Position numbers and translations under genes: made by a program. Positions 28,534-37,616 of a stretch of DNA of 64,000 nt are shown here, one piece after another. This DNA is from an uncultured Candidatus Entotheonella sp. (lineage in GTDB: Bacteria > Tectomicrobia > Entotheonellia > Entotheonellales > Entotheonellaceae). Position 1 is the stretch's first letter. The number at the start of each line of letters is the position of its first letter. A model generated the notes under the pieces. That model had not been told where the DNA came from and did not search any database. It worked only from the letters and a program-made list of their open reading frames with translations. Where the stretch lies: positions 3,680,001 through 3,744,000 of the forward strand of contig OZ244252.1 in assembly GCA_965217185.1 (NCBI GenBank), read 5' to 3'.

Positions 28534-30308
28534 ACGTGCGACTGCTCTGCGGCAACGGGCGAAACCGGTGGCGCAACTTGTTCGTCTGGGTCACGCGACT
28601 GTTGTCTGTGCACGGTCTGGTACAGCCCCGGCTCGTCCAGCAGTTCGTCGTGCGTGCCGCGCTGTACGATGCGCCCGCCGGACAGCACCAGAATCAGGTC
28701 GGCGTGCCGCAGGGTGTACAGGCGATGGGCGATCACCACGGTCGTTCGCCCCACCATCAGACCCCGCAGCGCGCGCTGGATGAGGAATTCCGTCTCCACG
28801 TCCACGCTCGACGTGGCGTCGTCGAGGATCAGCAGTCGCGGGTCGCGCGCGAAGGCGCGGGCGATGGCGACGCGCTGCCGCTGGCCGCCCGATAGCGTCA
28901 CGCCGCGCTCGCCGACCCAGGTGTCGTAGCCGTGCGGGAATTTCATGATGAAGTCGTGCGCATGCGCCGCTTTGGCCGCCGCCACGATGGCCTCAAGACC
29001 GATGTCGGGGCGCCCGTAGGCGATGTTGTCGCGGATGGTGCTGGAGAACAGCCAGGTGTCCTGCATGACGATGCCGATGTGCCGCCGCAGAGCGTCCAAT
29101 TGCAGGTCCCGGACGTCGATGCCGTCCAGGCTGACGACCCCGCCGGTGGGGTCGTAGAAACGCGGAATCAGTTGCGCCAGGGTGCTTTTGCCGCTGCCGG
29201 TGCCGCCCAGCAGCGCCACCGTTTGGCCCGGCTCGGCGGTGAAGCTGATGTCGTGCAGGATCGGCAGATGGCGGTCGTAGCGAAAGCTGACGCCCTCGAA
29301 GCGCAGGGCGCCGCGCACCTCCGGCAGGGGCCGCGCCCGTGGGGATTCGCGCACCTCGGAAACGGCGTCGAGCACCTCGAACAACCGCCGGCCGCCGGCC
29401 TGACAGCGCGACGTCATGCCGGCGAGCCAACTCATGCGCCGCAACGGGTGCCCCAATTGCACCAGATAACTGGTGGCCGCCACCAGGGTGCCGAGGCTCA
29501 TGCGCCCCAGGATGACCTCCCGGCCGCCGACGTATAGCGTCAGCGCCAGCCCCACCGCCAGCAGAAGCGTCAGCAGCGGCAGGCTCAGCGCCTGGGCGTG
29601 CGTCACCCGCATATGCGCCTTGTACAGGTCGTCGGCCACCTCCGAAAAGGATGCCTCTTGCGACCGTTCGCGCCCGAACGCCTTGACCACCCGGATGCCC
29701 GTCAGGCTCTCCTGCCAGGCCACCGACAGGCGGGCCGTGTGCGCCTGCACGATCTCCTGCAGCGGCCGCAGCCAGCGGCCCATGGTGGCCGACACCGCCA
29801 GAATCACCGTGAAGCCGCCGATGGACAATACCGCCAGGCGCCAATCGAGCCAGGCCAGCGCCGCCGTCGTTCCCACGCCGGTCAACAGGACGCTGAAGAC
29901 CATCGGGAAACCGAAATGGAAGAAGTGCCGCACCGCCTCTACGTCCGACGCAGCGCGCGACATCAGATCGCCGGTCTGCGCCCGGTCGTGATAGGCAAAA
30001 CTCAGCCGCTGCAGCTTGTCGTATAGCTGGTTGCGCAGCCGGTAGGCGAGGCGTTGAGCCAGGAACGCCACCAGGTAATTCTGCCCGTACACCGCGGCGC
30101 TGCGCAGCGCGGTGACGCCGACCAGCAACGCGCCGGCCACGTAGACGAAGCCGGGGTTGTCCGGGTCCAGCCCGTCATCGAGAACGCTCTTGAGGATCAG
30201 TGGGACGGCGAGGTGCAGCAGCACCGACGCGACCGTGCAGGCCAGCGCCCCGGCGAGACGAAGGGGGAAATCGGCGTAGAGCGCACAGAGACGGATAAAG
30301 CCACGCAT
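28530..30308 (-). CDS. ABC exporter, fused permease/ATPase (subunit A, degenerate Walker B)
   Basis: GGTGSGKS, LSGGQRQR, LDDAT; heterodimer arrangement with neighbour. Confidence 0.93.
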   Translation of the reverse strand: MRGFIRLCALYADFPLRLAGALACTVASVLLHLAVPLILKSVLDDGLDPDNPGFVYVAGALLVGVTALRSAAVYGQNYLVAFLAQRLAYRLRNQLYDKLQRLSFAYHDRAQTGDLMSRAASDVEAVRHFFHFGFPMVFSVLLTGVGTTAALAWLDWRLAVLSIGGFTVILAVSATMGRWLRPLQEIVQAHTARLSVAWQESLTGIRVVKAFGRERSQEASFSEVADDLYKAHMRVTHAQALSLPLLTLLLAVGLALTLYVGGREVILGRMSLGTLVAATSYLVQLGHPLRRMSWLAGMTSRCQAGGRRLFEVLDAVSEVRESPRARPLPEVRGALRFEGVSFRYDRHLPILHDISFTAEPGQTVALLGGTGSGKSTLAQLIPRFYDPTGGVVSLDGIDVRDLQLDALRRHIGIVMQDTWLFSSTIRDNIAYGRPDIGLEAIVAAAKAAHAHDFIMKFPHGYDTWVGERGVTLSGGQRQRVAIARAFARDPRLLILDDATSSVDVETEFLIQRALRGLMVGRTTVVIAHRLYTLRHADLILVLSGGRIVQRGTHDELLDEPGLYQTVHRQQSRDPDEQVAPPVSPVAAEQSHV

Positions 30309-30490
30309 CCTCTAAGTCCTCGCAGGGGCGAAAGATAGGTCAAGGTGGGCTGAGCTCGCAGGCTGCAAACAGGCATTCCGAACGAGGTTTTGAAGCGACA
30401 CTATAGAGGCTGAATCGTGTTAAAGTCCAGTTAATCGGCAGCCGCCCAGGGTAAGCGCATATGAGACTTACTACGCGCTCGAGCCTGGAT

Positions 30491-30579
30491 GTAGGTCGGG
30501 TTAGCCGCAGGCGTAACCCGACATTCCGATGCACTGTCCCCCGACCTCTGTCGGATTACGCTACGCTAATCCGACCTAC
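30491..30579. repeat. Inverted REP pair (BIME/REPIN-like)
   Basis: gtaggtcgggttagccgcaggcgtaacccgaca ... tgtcggattacgctacgctaatccgacctac. Confidence 0.85.
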
Positions 30580-30616
30580 TTTTGACGCCTCGCATGTCAC
30601 AAAGGGGAGCACCACG

Positions 30617-31714
30617 ATGAAAGCCGCCATCTTCCGCAGAGCCCACGAGCCGCTCCAGATCGAATCGGTTACGGTCGACAAACCGCGCGACCGCGAAGTC
30701 CTGGTGCGTACCGCTGCCACGGGCGTCTGCCACAGCGACCTGCACTACGTCGACGGCGACCTGCCGCCGCGTGACCACCCCATGGTCATGGGGCACGAAG
30801 GGTCCGGCGTGGTCGAGGCCGTGGGCAGCGCCGTCACCACCGTTAAGCCCGGCGACCATGTGGTCGCCTGCCTGTCCGGCTTTTGCGGCGCCTGTCCGCA
30901 GTGCCTGAGCGGGCATCCCAACGTGTGCGCCACCGGCTACGTGAGCCGCGCATCCGCCACGACGCCACGCCTCAGCCTCGACGGCGAGCCCTTGATTCCC
31001 TTTGCCAACGTCGGCAGCTACGCCGAGCAGATGCTGCTACACGAGAACTCGCTGGTCAAAATCGACCGCGACATCCCCCTGGACCGCGCTGCGCTGGTCG
31101 GCTGCGGCGTGCTCACCGGCGTTGGTGCTGCGCTGCGCACCTCGGGCTTGCAGGCCGGGCAGACCGTCGCCGTGTTCGGCTGCGGCGGGGTCGGCCTGTC
31201 GATCATCCAGGGTGCCCGCATCGGCGGCGCCAGCCGCATCATCGGCATCGACAAGTTTCCCGCCAAACTGGAGCGCGCCCACAGCCTCGGCGCCACCGAC
31301 GTCATTGATTCCAGCAAAGGAGACACCGTCGCCCAGTTGCGTGAGCTCACGGGCGGGCAGGGCGTCGATCACGCCTTCGAGGCTGTCGGTCTGCCCGCCC
31401 TGGTGCGGCAGGCCGTTGAATGCCTTGCCATCCGCGGCACGGCGACCATCGTCGGCGTGCCGCCCGACGGCTCCGAGTTGTCGTTCCCCTTCAGCGCCAT
31501 CCGGCCCGAGTGCAAGGTGCAGACCTCACGCATGGGCTCCAACCAGTTCCGCACCGACATCCCGCGCTACCTGGAGTTCTACCGCCAGGGGCGCCTGAAT
31601 CTCGACGACATGGTGAGCAAACGGGGCCGTCTGGAGGACATCAACGAAGCCTTCCGGGCCATGAAGGCGGGCGAAGTGGCGCGCAGCGTGTTGACCTTCG
31701 ACGGGGCGTGTTGA
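30617..31714 (+). CDS. Zn-dependent alcohol dehydrogenase
   Basis: GVCHSD, GHEG, CGACPQC...C, GCGGVG. Confidence 0.93.
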   Translation: MKAAIFRRAHEPLQIESVTVDKPRDREVLVRTAATGVCHSDLHYVDGDLPPRDHPMVMGHEGSGVVEAVGSAVTTVKPGDHVVACLSGFCGACPQCLSGHPNVCATGYVSRASATTPRLSLDGEPLIPFANVGSYAEQMLLHENSLVKIDRDIPLDRAALVGCGVLTGVGAALRTSGLQAGQTVAVFGCGGVGLSIIQGARIGGASRIIGIDKFPAKLERAHSLGATDVIDSSKGDTVAQLRELTGGQGVDHAFEAVGLPALVRQAVECLAIRGTATIVGVPPDGSELSFPFSAIRPECKVQTSRMGSNQFRTDIPRYLEFYRQGRLNLDDMVSKRGRLEDINEAFRAMKAGEVARSVLTFDGAC

Positions 31715-31795
31715 CATGCGGGGTCGTATGGTTTAGAACCATGCGCTTACGCATCCCAAACCAAATTCTGTATGAATAGCCGATGCCTTTTGTGG

Positions 31796-31893
31796 GTCAT
31801 TCCGGCGAAAGTCGGAATCCAGCGACCTCTCCGGTTTGGGGCAGGCGCTTGGTCACCAGAAAATCTCCGGACTCCGGCATACGCCGGAATGAC
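31796..31893. repeat. Palindromic intergenic repeat of a second family
   Basis: gtcattccggcgaaagtcggaatcca ... ctccggcatacgccggaatgac. Confidence 0.7.
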
Positions 31894-31960
31894 GTGGATT
31901 TGCCCAGGGTTAAAATCGGCGCGCTCACTCAGACCTTTCCTGAATAATGAGGAGTCTATC

Positions 31961-33166
31961 TTGGCGTACGAAGCACAAATCGAAGCCGGCAAGGCGCACT
32001 TCGGCCGGGTCATGGCTGAACAACTCGAGCGGGTGGAACGCCTCAAGCAGCAGCCCGACTGGCTTGACTTCAACGCGATCAGCCCCATTGTCATCGGCAT
32101 TCTGGGCGGTGACGGCATTGGTCCGACCATCGCGGAAGAGTCGAGAAAGGTCCTGGAATACCTGTTGCGCGATCAAGTGGCGAGCGGCAAGGTGGTTTTC
32201 CGCATCATCGACGGCCTGACCATCGAAAACCGCGCCGCGAACATGCAATCCATTCCTGACGACGTGCTGGCCGAGATCAAGGAATGTCACGTGACGCTGA
32301 AAGGCCCGACCCACACTCCGGAGCAGGGCGACGGCTGGCCGAACCTCGAAAGCGCCAACGTCGGCATGCGCAAGGTCCTCGACCTGTTCGCCAACGTGCG
32401 CCCCGTGCGGGTGCCCGCCCAAGGTATTGACTGGACATTTTTCCGCGAGAACACCGAGGACATGTACGCCGTCGGCAGCCAGGGGGTGAACGTCACGGAC
32501 GATCTGGCGATCGACTTCCGCGTCATCACCTCACAGGGCTCCGAGCGCATCATCGACGCCGCCTTTGCGCACGCCAAGCGCACCGGCAAGGACTCGGTGA
32601 CCATCGTCACCAAGGCCAACATCGTCAAGACGACCGACGGCAAGTTCCTCGACATCGCCCGCAAGGTGGCGGAGGACTACCCGGGCATCTCGTGGGAGGG
32701 GTGGTACATCGACATCATGACCGCGGCGCTCATCAACCCGGCGCGCCAGCGGCAGTTCCAGGTGCTCGCCCTGCCCAACCTGTACGGCGACATCCTGACG
32801 GACGAGGCGGCCCAGATTCAGGGCGGCGTCGGTACCGCCGGCAGCGCCAACGTCGGCAAGGTGTACTCGATGTTCGAGGCTATCCACGGCAGCGCCCCGC
32901 GCATGGTGCAGGAAGGCCGCGCGCAGTACGCCGATCCCAGCTCGATGGTGCGGGCCGGCGCCATGCTGATGGAGCACATCGGCTTCCAGGAGTCCGGCGC
33001 CCGGTTGCACAAGGCCCTGGACATCTGCGGCCAGTACGAACGCACCGTGGCCATGACGGGCCGCAGCACCGGCGTCACCAGCGGCGAATATGGTCAGTAC
33101 CTGATGGCAACCGTGGAGGATTCCGGCATGGAAGCCAAGTGGGAATCCTTCGTCAACGCTGGCTGA
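31961..33166 (+). CDS. Isocitrate/isopropylmalate dehydrogenase family protein
   Basis: GDGIGP, RENTED, PNLYGDILTD, FEAIHGSAP; TTG start after GAGGAG. Confidence 0.92.
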   Translation: MAYEAQIEAGKAHFGRVMAEQLERVERLKQQPDWLDFNAISPIVIGILGGDGIGPTIAEESRKVLEYLLRDQVASGKVVFRIIDGLTIENRAANMQSIPDDVLAEIKECHVTLKGPTHTPEQGDGWPNLESANVGMRKVLDLFANVRPVRVPAQGIDWTFFRENTEDMYAVGSQGVNVTDDLAIDFRVITSQGSERIIDAAFAHAKRTGKDSVTIVTKANIVKTTDGKFLDIARKVAEDYPGISWEGWYIDIMTAALINPARQRQFQVLALPNLYGDILTDEAAQIQGGVGTAGSANVGKVYSMFEAIHGSAPRMVQEGRAQYADPSSMVRAGAMLMEHIGFQESGARLHKALDICGQYERTVAMTGRSTGVTSGEYGQYLMATVEDSGMEAKWESFVNAG

Positions 33167-33184
33167 GTTCGAGACCGCCGGCGT

Positions 33185-33943
33185 ATGCGCTTCCGTCCTT
33201 GCATCGACCTGCACAACGGCGTCGTCAAGCAGATCGTCGGCGCCTCCTTGCAGGACGGCGCTGACCCGCAGACCAACTTCACAGCCGATCAACCCGCCTC
33301 CTATTTCGCCGACCGCTACCGCCAGGACGGCCTGTACGGCGGTCACGTCATCATGCTCGGTCCGGGCAACGAGACCGCCGCTGCCGCCGCCGTGACCGCC
33401 TTTCCCGGCGGCTTGCAGGTGGGCGGGGGCATCAACTCGCAAAACGCCGCGGCGTGGCTGCAACATGGCGCTGCCGGCGTCATCGTCACCTCCTATGTGT
33501 TTCAAAACGGCAAGCTATGCCGCGACCGGCTGCAGGACATGGTCGATGCGGTCGGCGCCTCCCGCCTCATTCTCGACCTCAGTTGCCGCAAGACAGACGG
33601 TCGCTACGTCGCCATGACCGACCGCTGGCAGACCGCCACCGACCTGGAAATCAACGCTCCCACACTGGCCGATCTGGCCCCAAGCTGCTGCGAGTTTCTC
33701 ATCCACGCCACCGCGGTGGAGGGCCGCCAGGCCGGCATCGACGCCGAGCTCGTGGCGCTGCTCGGGCGCATTGCGCCGTTGCCGGTCACATACGCCGGGG
33801 GCATTCGCAGCATGGCGGACGTCGAGCAGATTCGGGAGTTCGGTCAGGACAAGCTGGATTTCACGGTGGGAAGCGCCCTCGACCTGTTCGGCGGCACCGG
33901 GCTGCGCTACGCGGACCTGGTGGCCCTCAACCGGCGAAGCTGA
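33185..33943 (+). CDS. hisA: ProFAR isomerase, His6 (eukaryote-like) type
   Basis: FRPCIDLHNGVVKQIVG, GGHVIMLG, LDLSCR, DFTVGSALDLFGG. Confidence 0.92.
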   Translation: MRFRPCIDLHNGVVKQIVGASLQDGADPQTNFTADQPASYFADRYRQDGLYGGHVIMLGPGNETAAAAAVTAFPGGLQVGGGINSQNAAAWLQHGAAGVIVTSYVFQNGKLCRDRLQDMVDAVGASRLILDLSCRKTDGRYVAMTDRWQTATDLEINAPTLADLAPSCCEFLIHATAVEGRQAGIDAELVALLGRIAPLPVTYAGGIRSMADVEQIREFGQDKLDFTVGSALDLFGGTGLRYADLVALNRRS

Positions 33944-34090
33944 GTGTTCACGTCATGCGCTGTTGGGGTGCCGTATGGCTTTGCGGTGAGACGGGAGGAT
34001 ATTTATGGCAAACTGGGTGGTCAGCAATTTGCTCTCGCGGACCTGAATAGTATGACGCCTGGGTCCATAAGCTTCTACGGAGGGAAGGCG

Positions 34091-35155
34091 GTGATCAAGT
34101 CGCTCGAAGTCAAGAATTTTACGGCTTTCCAGGAGGCTCAATTGGACTTTGCCGAGGGTCTCAACGTCATTGTCGGCGAGAACGCGACGGGCAAGACGCA
34201 TCTGCTCAAGCTTCCTTACGCCGTCATGGCGGTAAGCGCCGAGGAGGGTAGGAAGCGTGACGGCCGGCAGCCTACCAAGGGCTTTCTGCAAACTCGAGTT
34301 GCCGAAAAAATAGTTAACGTGTTTCGACCGGATGAGAGCCGCCTAGGTCGTCTCGCGCGTCGGCGGCAGGGTCGTAACCGATGCGAAGTGAAAGTGAATT
34401 TCCAACAGCGTGGTACTTCCATCGGATTCAATTTTGCTTCACAAAACAAGTCCGAGGTCGTCATCGATCACCTTCCTTCCAAGTGGGTGAACCACATGCC
34501 GGTATTCCTGCCCACTCGTGAGTTGCTGACGATCTACCCTGGATTCGTCTCTCTGTACGAAACACACTACGTTGAATTTGAGGAGACGTGGCGCGACACC
34601 TGTTTGTTGCTGGGTGCGCCCATGCAGAGAGGGCCTCGCAATGCGACGGTCGCATGGTTTCTGGAACCCTTGGAAGAACAGATCGGGCGCGTCGTTCTGG
34701 AGCGCAATGGTCGCTTTTACCTGCGTCAGTTCGGTCACGGCGCCAGCAATATGGAGATGCCCTTGGTTGCCGAGGGTTGGCGCAAGCTCGCCATGCTGGC
34801 GCGGTTGATCGCCACTGGTTCCCTGGACTACAAGGACGCTCTGTTCTGGGACGAGCCTGAGTCCAACCTCAACCCGAAGCTGATCCGAGAAGTCGCAGCG
34901 GCGATTCTCCGTATCTGCGTGGCAGGGGTGCAGGTGTTCGTGGCAACGCACAGCCTCTTCCTCTTCCGAGAGTTTGAAATCCTCCTTAAGCGGCGCGAAT
35001 TTAAGGGAGTCAAGCCACGCTACTTCGCGTTGCGGCGGGTGGAGGATGGCGTGGATATTTCCCAGTCCAGCGAGGTCGATGGCATAGAGCCGCTGTTGTT
35101 GCTCGACGAGGAGCTGGAGCAATCGGATCGTTTTCTGGAGGAGTTCATGCCGTGA
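34091..35155 (+). CDS. ABC-type/AAA ATPase (AAA_15/AAA_21-like)
   Basis: KNFTAF, GENATGKT, VAEGWRK, FWDEPESNLNP, ATHS. Confidence 0.88.
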   Translation: MIKSLEVKNFTAFQEAQLDFAEGLNVIVGENATGKTHLLKLPYAVMAVSAEEGRKRDGRQPTKGFLQTRVAEKIVNVFRPDESRLGRLARRRQGRNRCEVKVNFQQRGTSIGFNFASQNKSEVVIDHLPSKWVNHMPVFLPTRELLTIYPGFVSLYETHYVEFEETWRDTCLLLGAPMQRGPRNATVAWFLEPLEEQIGRVVLERNGRFYLRQFGHGASNMEMPLVAEGWRKLAMLARLIATGSLDYKDALFWDEPESNLNPKLIREVAAAILRICVAGVQVFVATHSLFLFREFEILLKRREFKGVKPRYFALRRVEDGVDISQSSEVDGIEPLLLLDEELEQSDRFLEEFMP

Positions 35156-35578
35156 CCGAAATTGCGGAAGGCAGTCTTAAATTCTCATTCCCGGATCACT
35201 GCGAAGCTACCAAGTACGATGATTGGGCGTTTTATCGTCAACAGTTCTAGTCCGTCGCTGGCGGTTCGAGGGCGGTCGATATCCTCTGTCTTGCACAAGA
35301 TGCCACTTGGTTGATCGAAATAAAGGACTACCGGCAGCACCCGAGGACAAAACCGAGTGATCTCGGCGATGAAGTGGGGAGCAAAGTCCGCGACACGCTG
35401 GCGAGTCGCGTTGCACCTCGAACAACGATCGGTTGCGACTTCGCCGCTTCGCCCACAGGCTATCAATCCCGCTGACGTGCTTCAGAAACTGCGCATGAAT
35501 TTGAAGGCCATTGATGCCCAACCACTGGTTGTAAGCCTGCAAAAGCCGGGTTCTGGCACACCGTGGACCGTTCAATAA
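35152..35578 (+). pseudogene. ATPase partner with PD-(D/E)xK-like motif, disrupted
   Basis: GTGA overlap with the ATPase; VDIL...LIEIKDY; in-frame TAG 35248-35250; frame change near 35395-35403. Confidence 0.72.
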
Positions 35579-35624
35579 CGATCATGCTTTCCGGCCGGGC
35601 CTGAAGTGAATTGAACACGGGGCG

Positions 35625-36431
35625 TCAACCACCGGGCTCCCTCGTCAACTGCACGCACAACTCCTCCAGCCCCCGCTGAGACATAGGTGGCGCGCCTGCG
35701 GTTAGATGGGCGAGAAACTCGCGGTTGCCCTTGGGACCGGAGAGGGGGGAGAGGATGGCCGCGCGCAGCCCCAGCCCGCACGCCTGCGCCGACGCCAGAA
35801 CCGCCTGCAACACCTGCCGGTGCTGTCTCGCATCCCGCACCACGCCGCCTTTGCCGACTTCGCCTTTACCCACCTCGAATTGTGGTTTGATGAGCAGGAT
35901 CGCCTCGGCTTGTGGGGTCAGCAGGGGGACGAGGGCGGGCAACAGCAGGCGCAACGAGATGAACGAGGCGTCCACCGTCAGGAAATTCATGCGCTCGGGG
36001 AAATCGTGCGGTGTCAGGTAGCGGGCGTTGGTGCGTTCGCGCACGACGACGCGCGGATCGTTGCGCAGCCGCCAGTGCAACTGGCCGTAGCCCACGTCCA
36101 CGGCGTAGACGCGCCGGGCGCCGGCTTGCAGGAGACAGTCGGTAAAGCCACCGGTGGAGGCGCCGACGTCGAGAGCGACGGCATTCTGGCCCCGGCAGTC
36201 AAACGCCTCAAGACCCGCCGCCAGTTTCTCGCCGCCGCGGCTGACGTAGGGGCTCGGAGCGCCCAGCAGCCTCACCTCCGCCTGGGCGGCTACCCGCGCC
36301 CCGCATTGCGTCAGGCACTGGCCGTCCACGGCGATTTTGCCCGCCAGGATCAGCGCCTGTGCCTGTGCCCGGCTTGGCGCCAATTGTCGTTGCCAGACCA
36401 GGATGTCGAGTCGTTCCCGTTCAGCGGCCAC
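35625..36431 (-). CDS. tlyA: TlyA family rRNA methyltransferase
   Basis: S4 domain, YVSRGGEKL, DVGASTGGFTD, KPQFE, GNREF. Confidence 0.95.
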   Translation of the reverse strand: MAAERERLDILVWQRQLAPSRAQAQALILAGKIAVDGQCLTQCGARVAAQAEVRLLGAPSPYVSRGGEKLAAGLEAFDCRGQNAVALDVGASTGGFTDCLLQAGARRVYAVDVGYGQLHWRLRNDPRVVVRERTNARYLTPHDFPERMNFLTVDASFISLRLLLPALVPLLTPQAEAILLIKPQFEVGKGEVGKGGVVRDARQHRQVLQAVLASAQACGLGLRAAILSPLSGPKGNREFLAHLTAGAPPMSQRGLEELCVQLTREPGG

Positions 36432-36442
36432 GCGTGTCCTGC

Positions 36443-37339
36443 TCAGACCTTACGGTTGACGATGAAACGGGCCAGTTGCCGCAGCCGCTCGGCGCCGGCG
36501 TCAAAATCGCCGAGCGCTGCGAGCGCGTCGTTCAGCAACGCCGCGGCGTGCTGGCGCGAGGCCTCTACCCCGAGCAGCGCCGGGTAGGTCGCCTTGCCGT
36601 GCTTCTCGTCCTGCCCGGCCTGCTTGCCCAGTGCGGCGCTGTCGCCTTCCACGTCCAGGACGTCGTCAGCAATCTGGAACGCCAGTCCGATAGCCTGCCC
36701 GTAGCGCTTCAGCGCCTCCAACGGCGCCGCCGAGCCGCCGCCGAGCAAGCCGCCGATGGTGACGGCCGCGCCGATCAAGGCGGCGGTCTTATGGCGGTGG
36801 ATGTATTCGAGCACGTCGAGCGACACCTCCCGGCCTTCCGATGCCATGTCCACCACTTGCCCCCCGACCATGCCGGACCAGCCCGCCGCGCGCGCCAGGC
36901 AGTGCGTGGCCTCCAGCAACACGGCGGGCGCAAATCGGCTCGTCAGGTCGGGTCCGGCCATGACTTCGAACGCGTAGGTCAGCAGAGCGTCGCCGGCGAG
37001 GATGGCCACCGCCTCACCGAAAACCTTGTGGCTGGTGAACTGGCCGCGCCGGTAATCATCGTCGTCCATGGCGGGCAGGTCGTCGTGGATGAGCGAATAG
37101 GTATGCACGAATTCCATGGCGCAGGCGGCAGGAAGCACCGCCTCGCAGTCGCCGCCGACCGCCTCGGTGGCTGCCAGCAGCAGGACGGGGCGCACGCGCT
37201 TGCCACCGGCGAACACGCTGTAGCGCATCGCCTCGGACAGCGCTGGCGGGTCGGCGCCAGGGGCGGGGAGATGGTGATCGAAAGCGGCCTCAAGACGTTG
37301 TTGCTGCGCTTGCAGATACGCCTCCAGGGGTTGCATCAA
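36443..37339 (-). CDS. ispA: Farnesyl/geranylgeranyl diphosphate synthase
   Basis: GGKRVRP, SLIHDDLPAMDDDDYRRG, FQIADD. Confidence 0.95.
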   Translation of the reverse strand: MMQPLEAYLQAQQQRLEAAFDHHLPAPGADPPALSEAMRYSVFAGGKRVRPVLLLAATEAVGGDCEAVLPAACAMEFVHTYSLIHDDLPAMDDDDYRRGQFTSHKVFGEAVAILAGDALLTYAFEVMAGPDLTSRFAPAVLLEATHCLARAAGWSGMVGGQVVDMASEGREVSLDVLEYIHRHKTAALIGAAVTIGGLLGGGSAAPLEALKRYGQAIGLAFQIADDVLDVEGDSAALGKQAGQDEKHGKATYPALLGVEASRQHAAALLNDALAALGDFDAGAERLRQLARFIVNRKV

Positions 37340-37346
37340 GCCTCCG

Positions 37347-37613
37347 TTAGAACGGAATTTCCTCCTGACCGTTGCTACCCCCGCTCTCTTCTTGAATCGC
37401 GAAAGGCTCCGGGATCAGGGTGCCGTCGTCGTTGGCTTGCAGGATGTCGATACGCTTTTCAGCCCGTTGCAACTGCTGCGTGCAGTGGCGGTACATCGAC
37501 ACCCCTTCCTCGTAAAACTGCACGGATTTCTCCAGATCGAGATCGTCCGTTTCCAGCGCCTCGACGATCTCCTCAAGGCGCTTCAGTGCCTGCTCGAAGG
37601 TCAGATCGGCCAT
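37347..37613 (-). CDS. xseB: Exodeoxyribonuclease VII small subunit
   Basis: FEQALKRLEEIV, YEEG; context. Confidence 0.95.
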   Translation of the reverse strand: MADLTFEQALKRLEEIVEALETDDLDLEKSVQFYEEGVSMYRHCTQQLQRAEKRIDILQANDDGTLIPEPFAIQEESGGSNGQEEIPF

Positions 37614-37616
37614 TTG

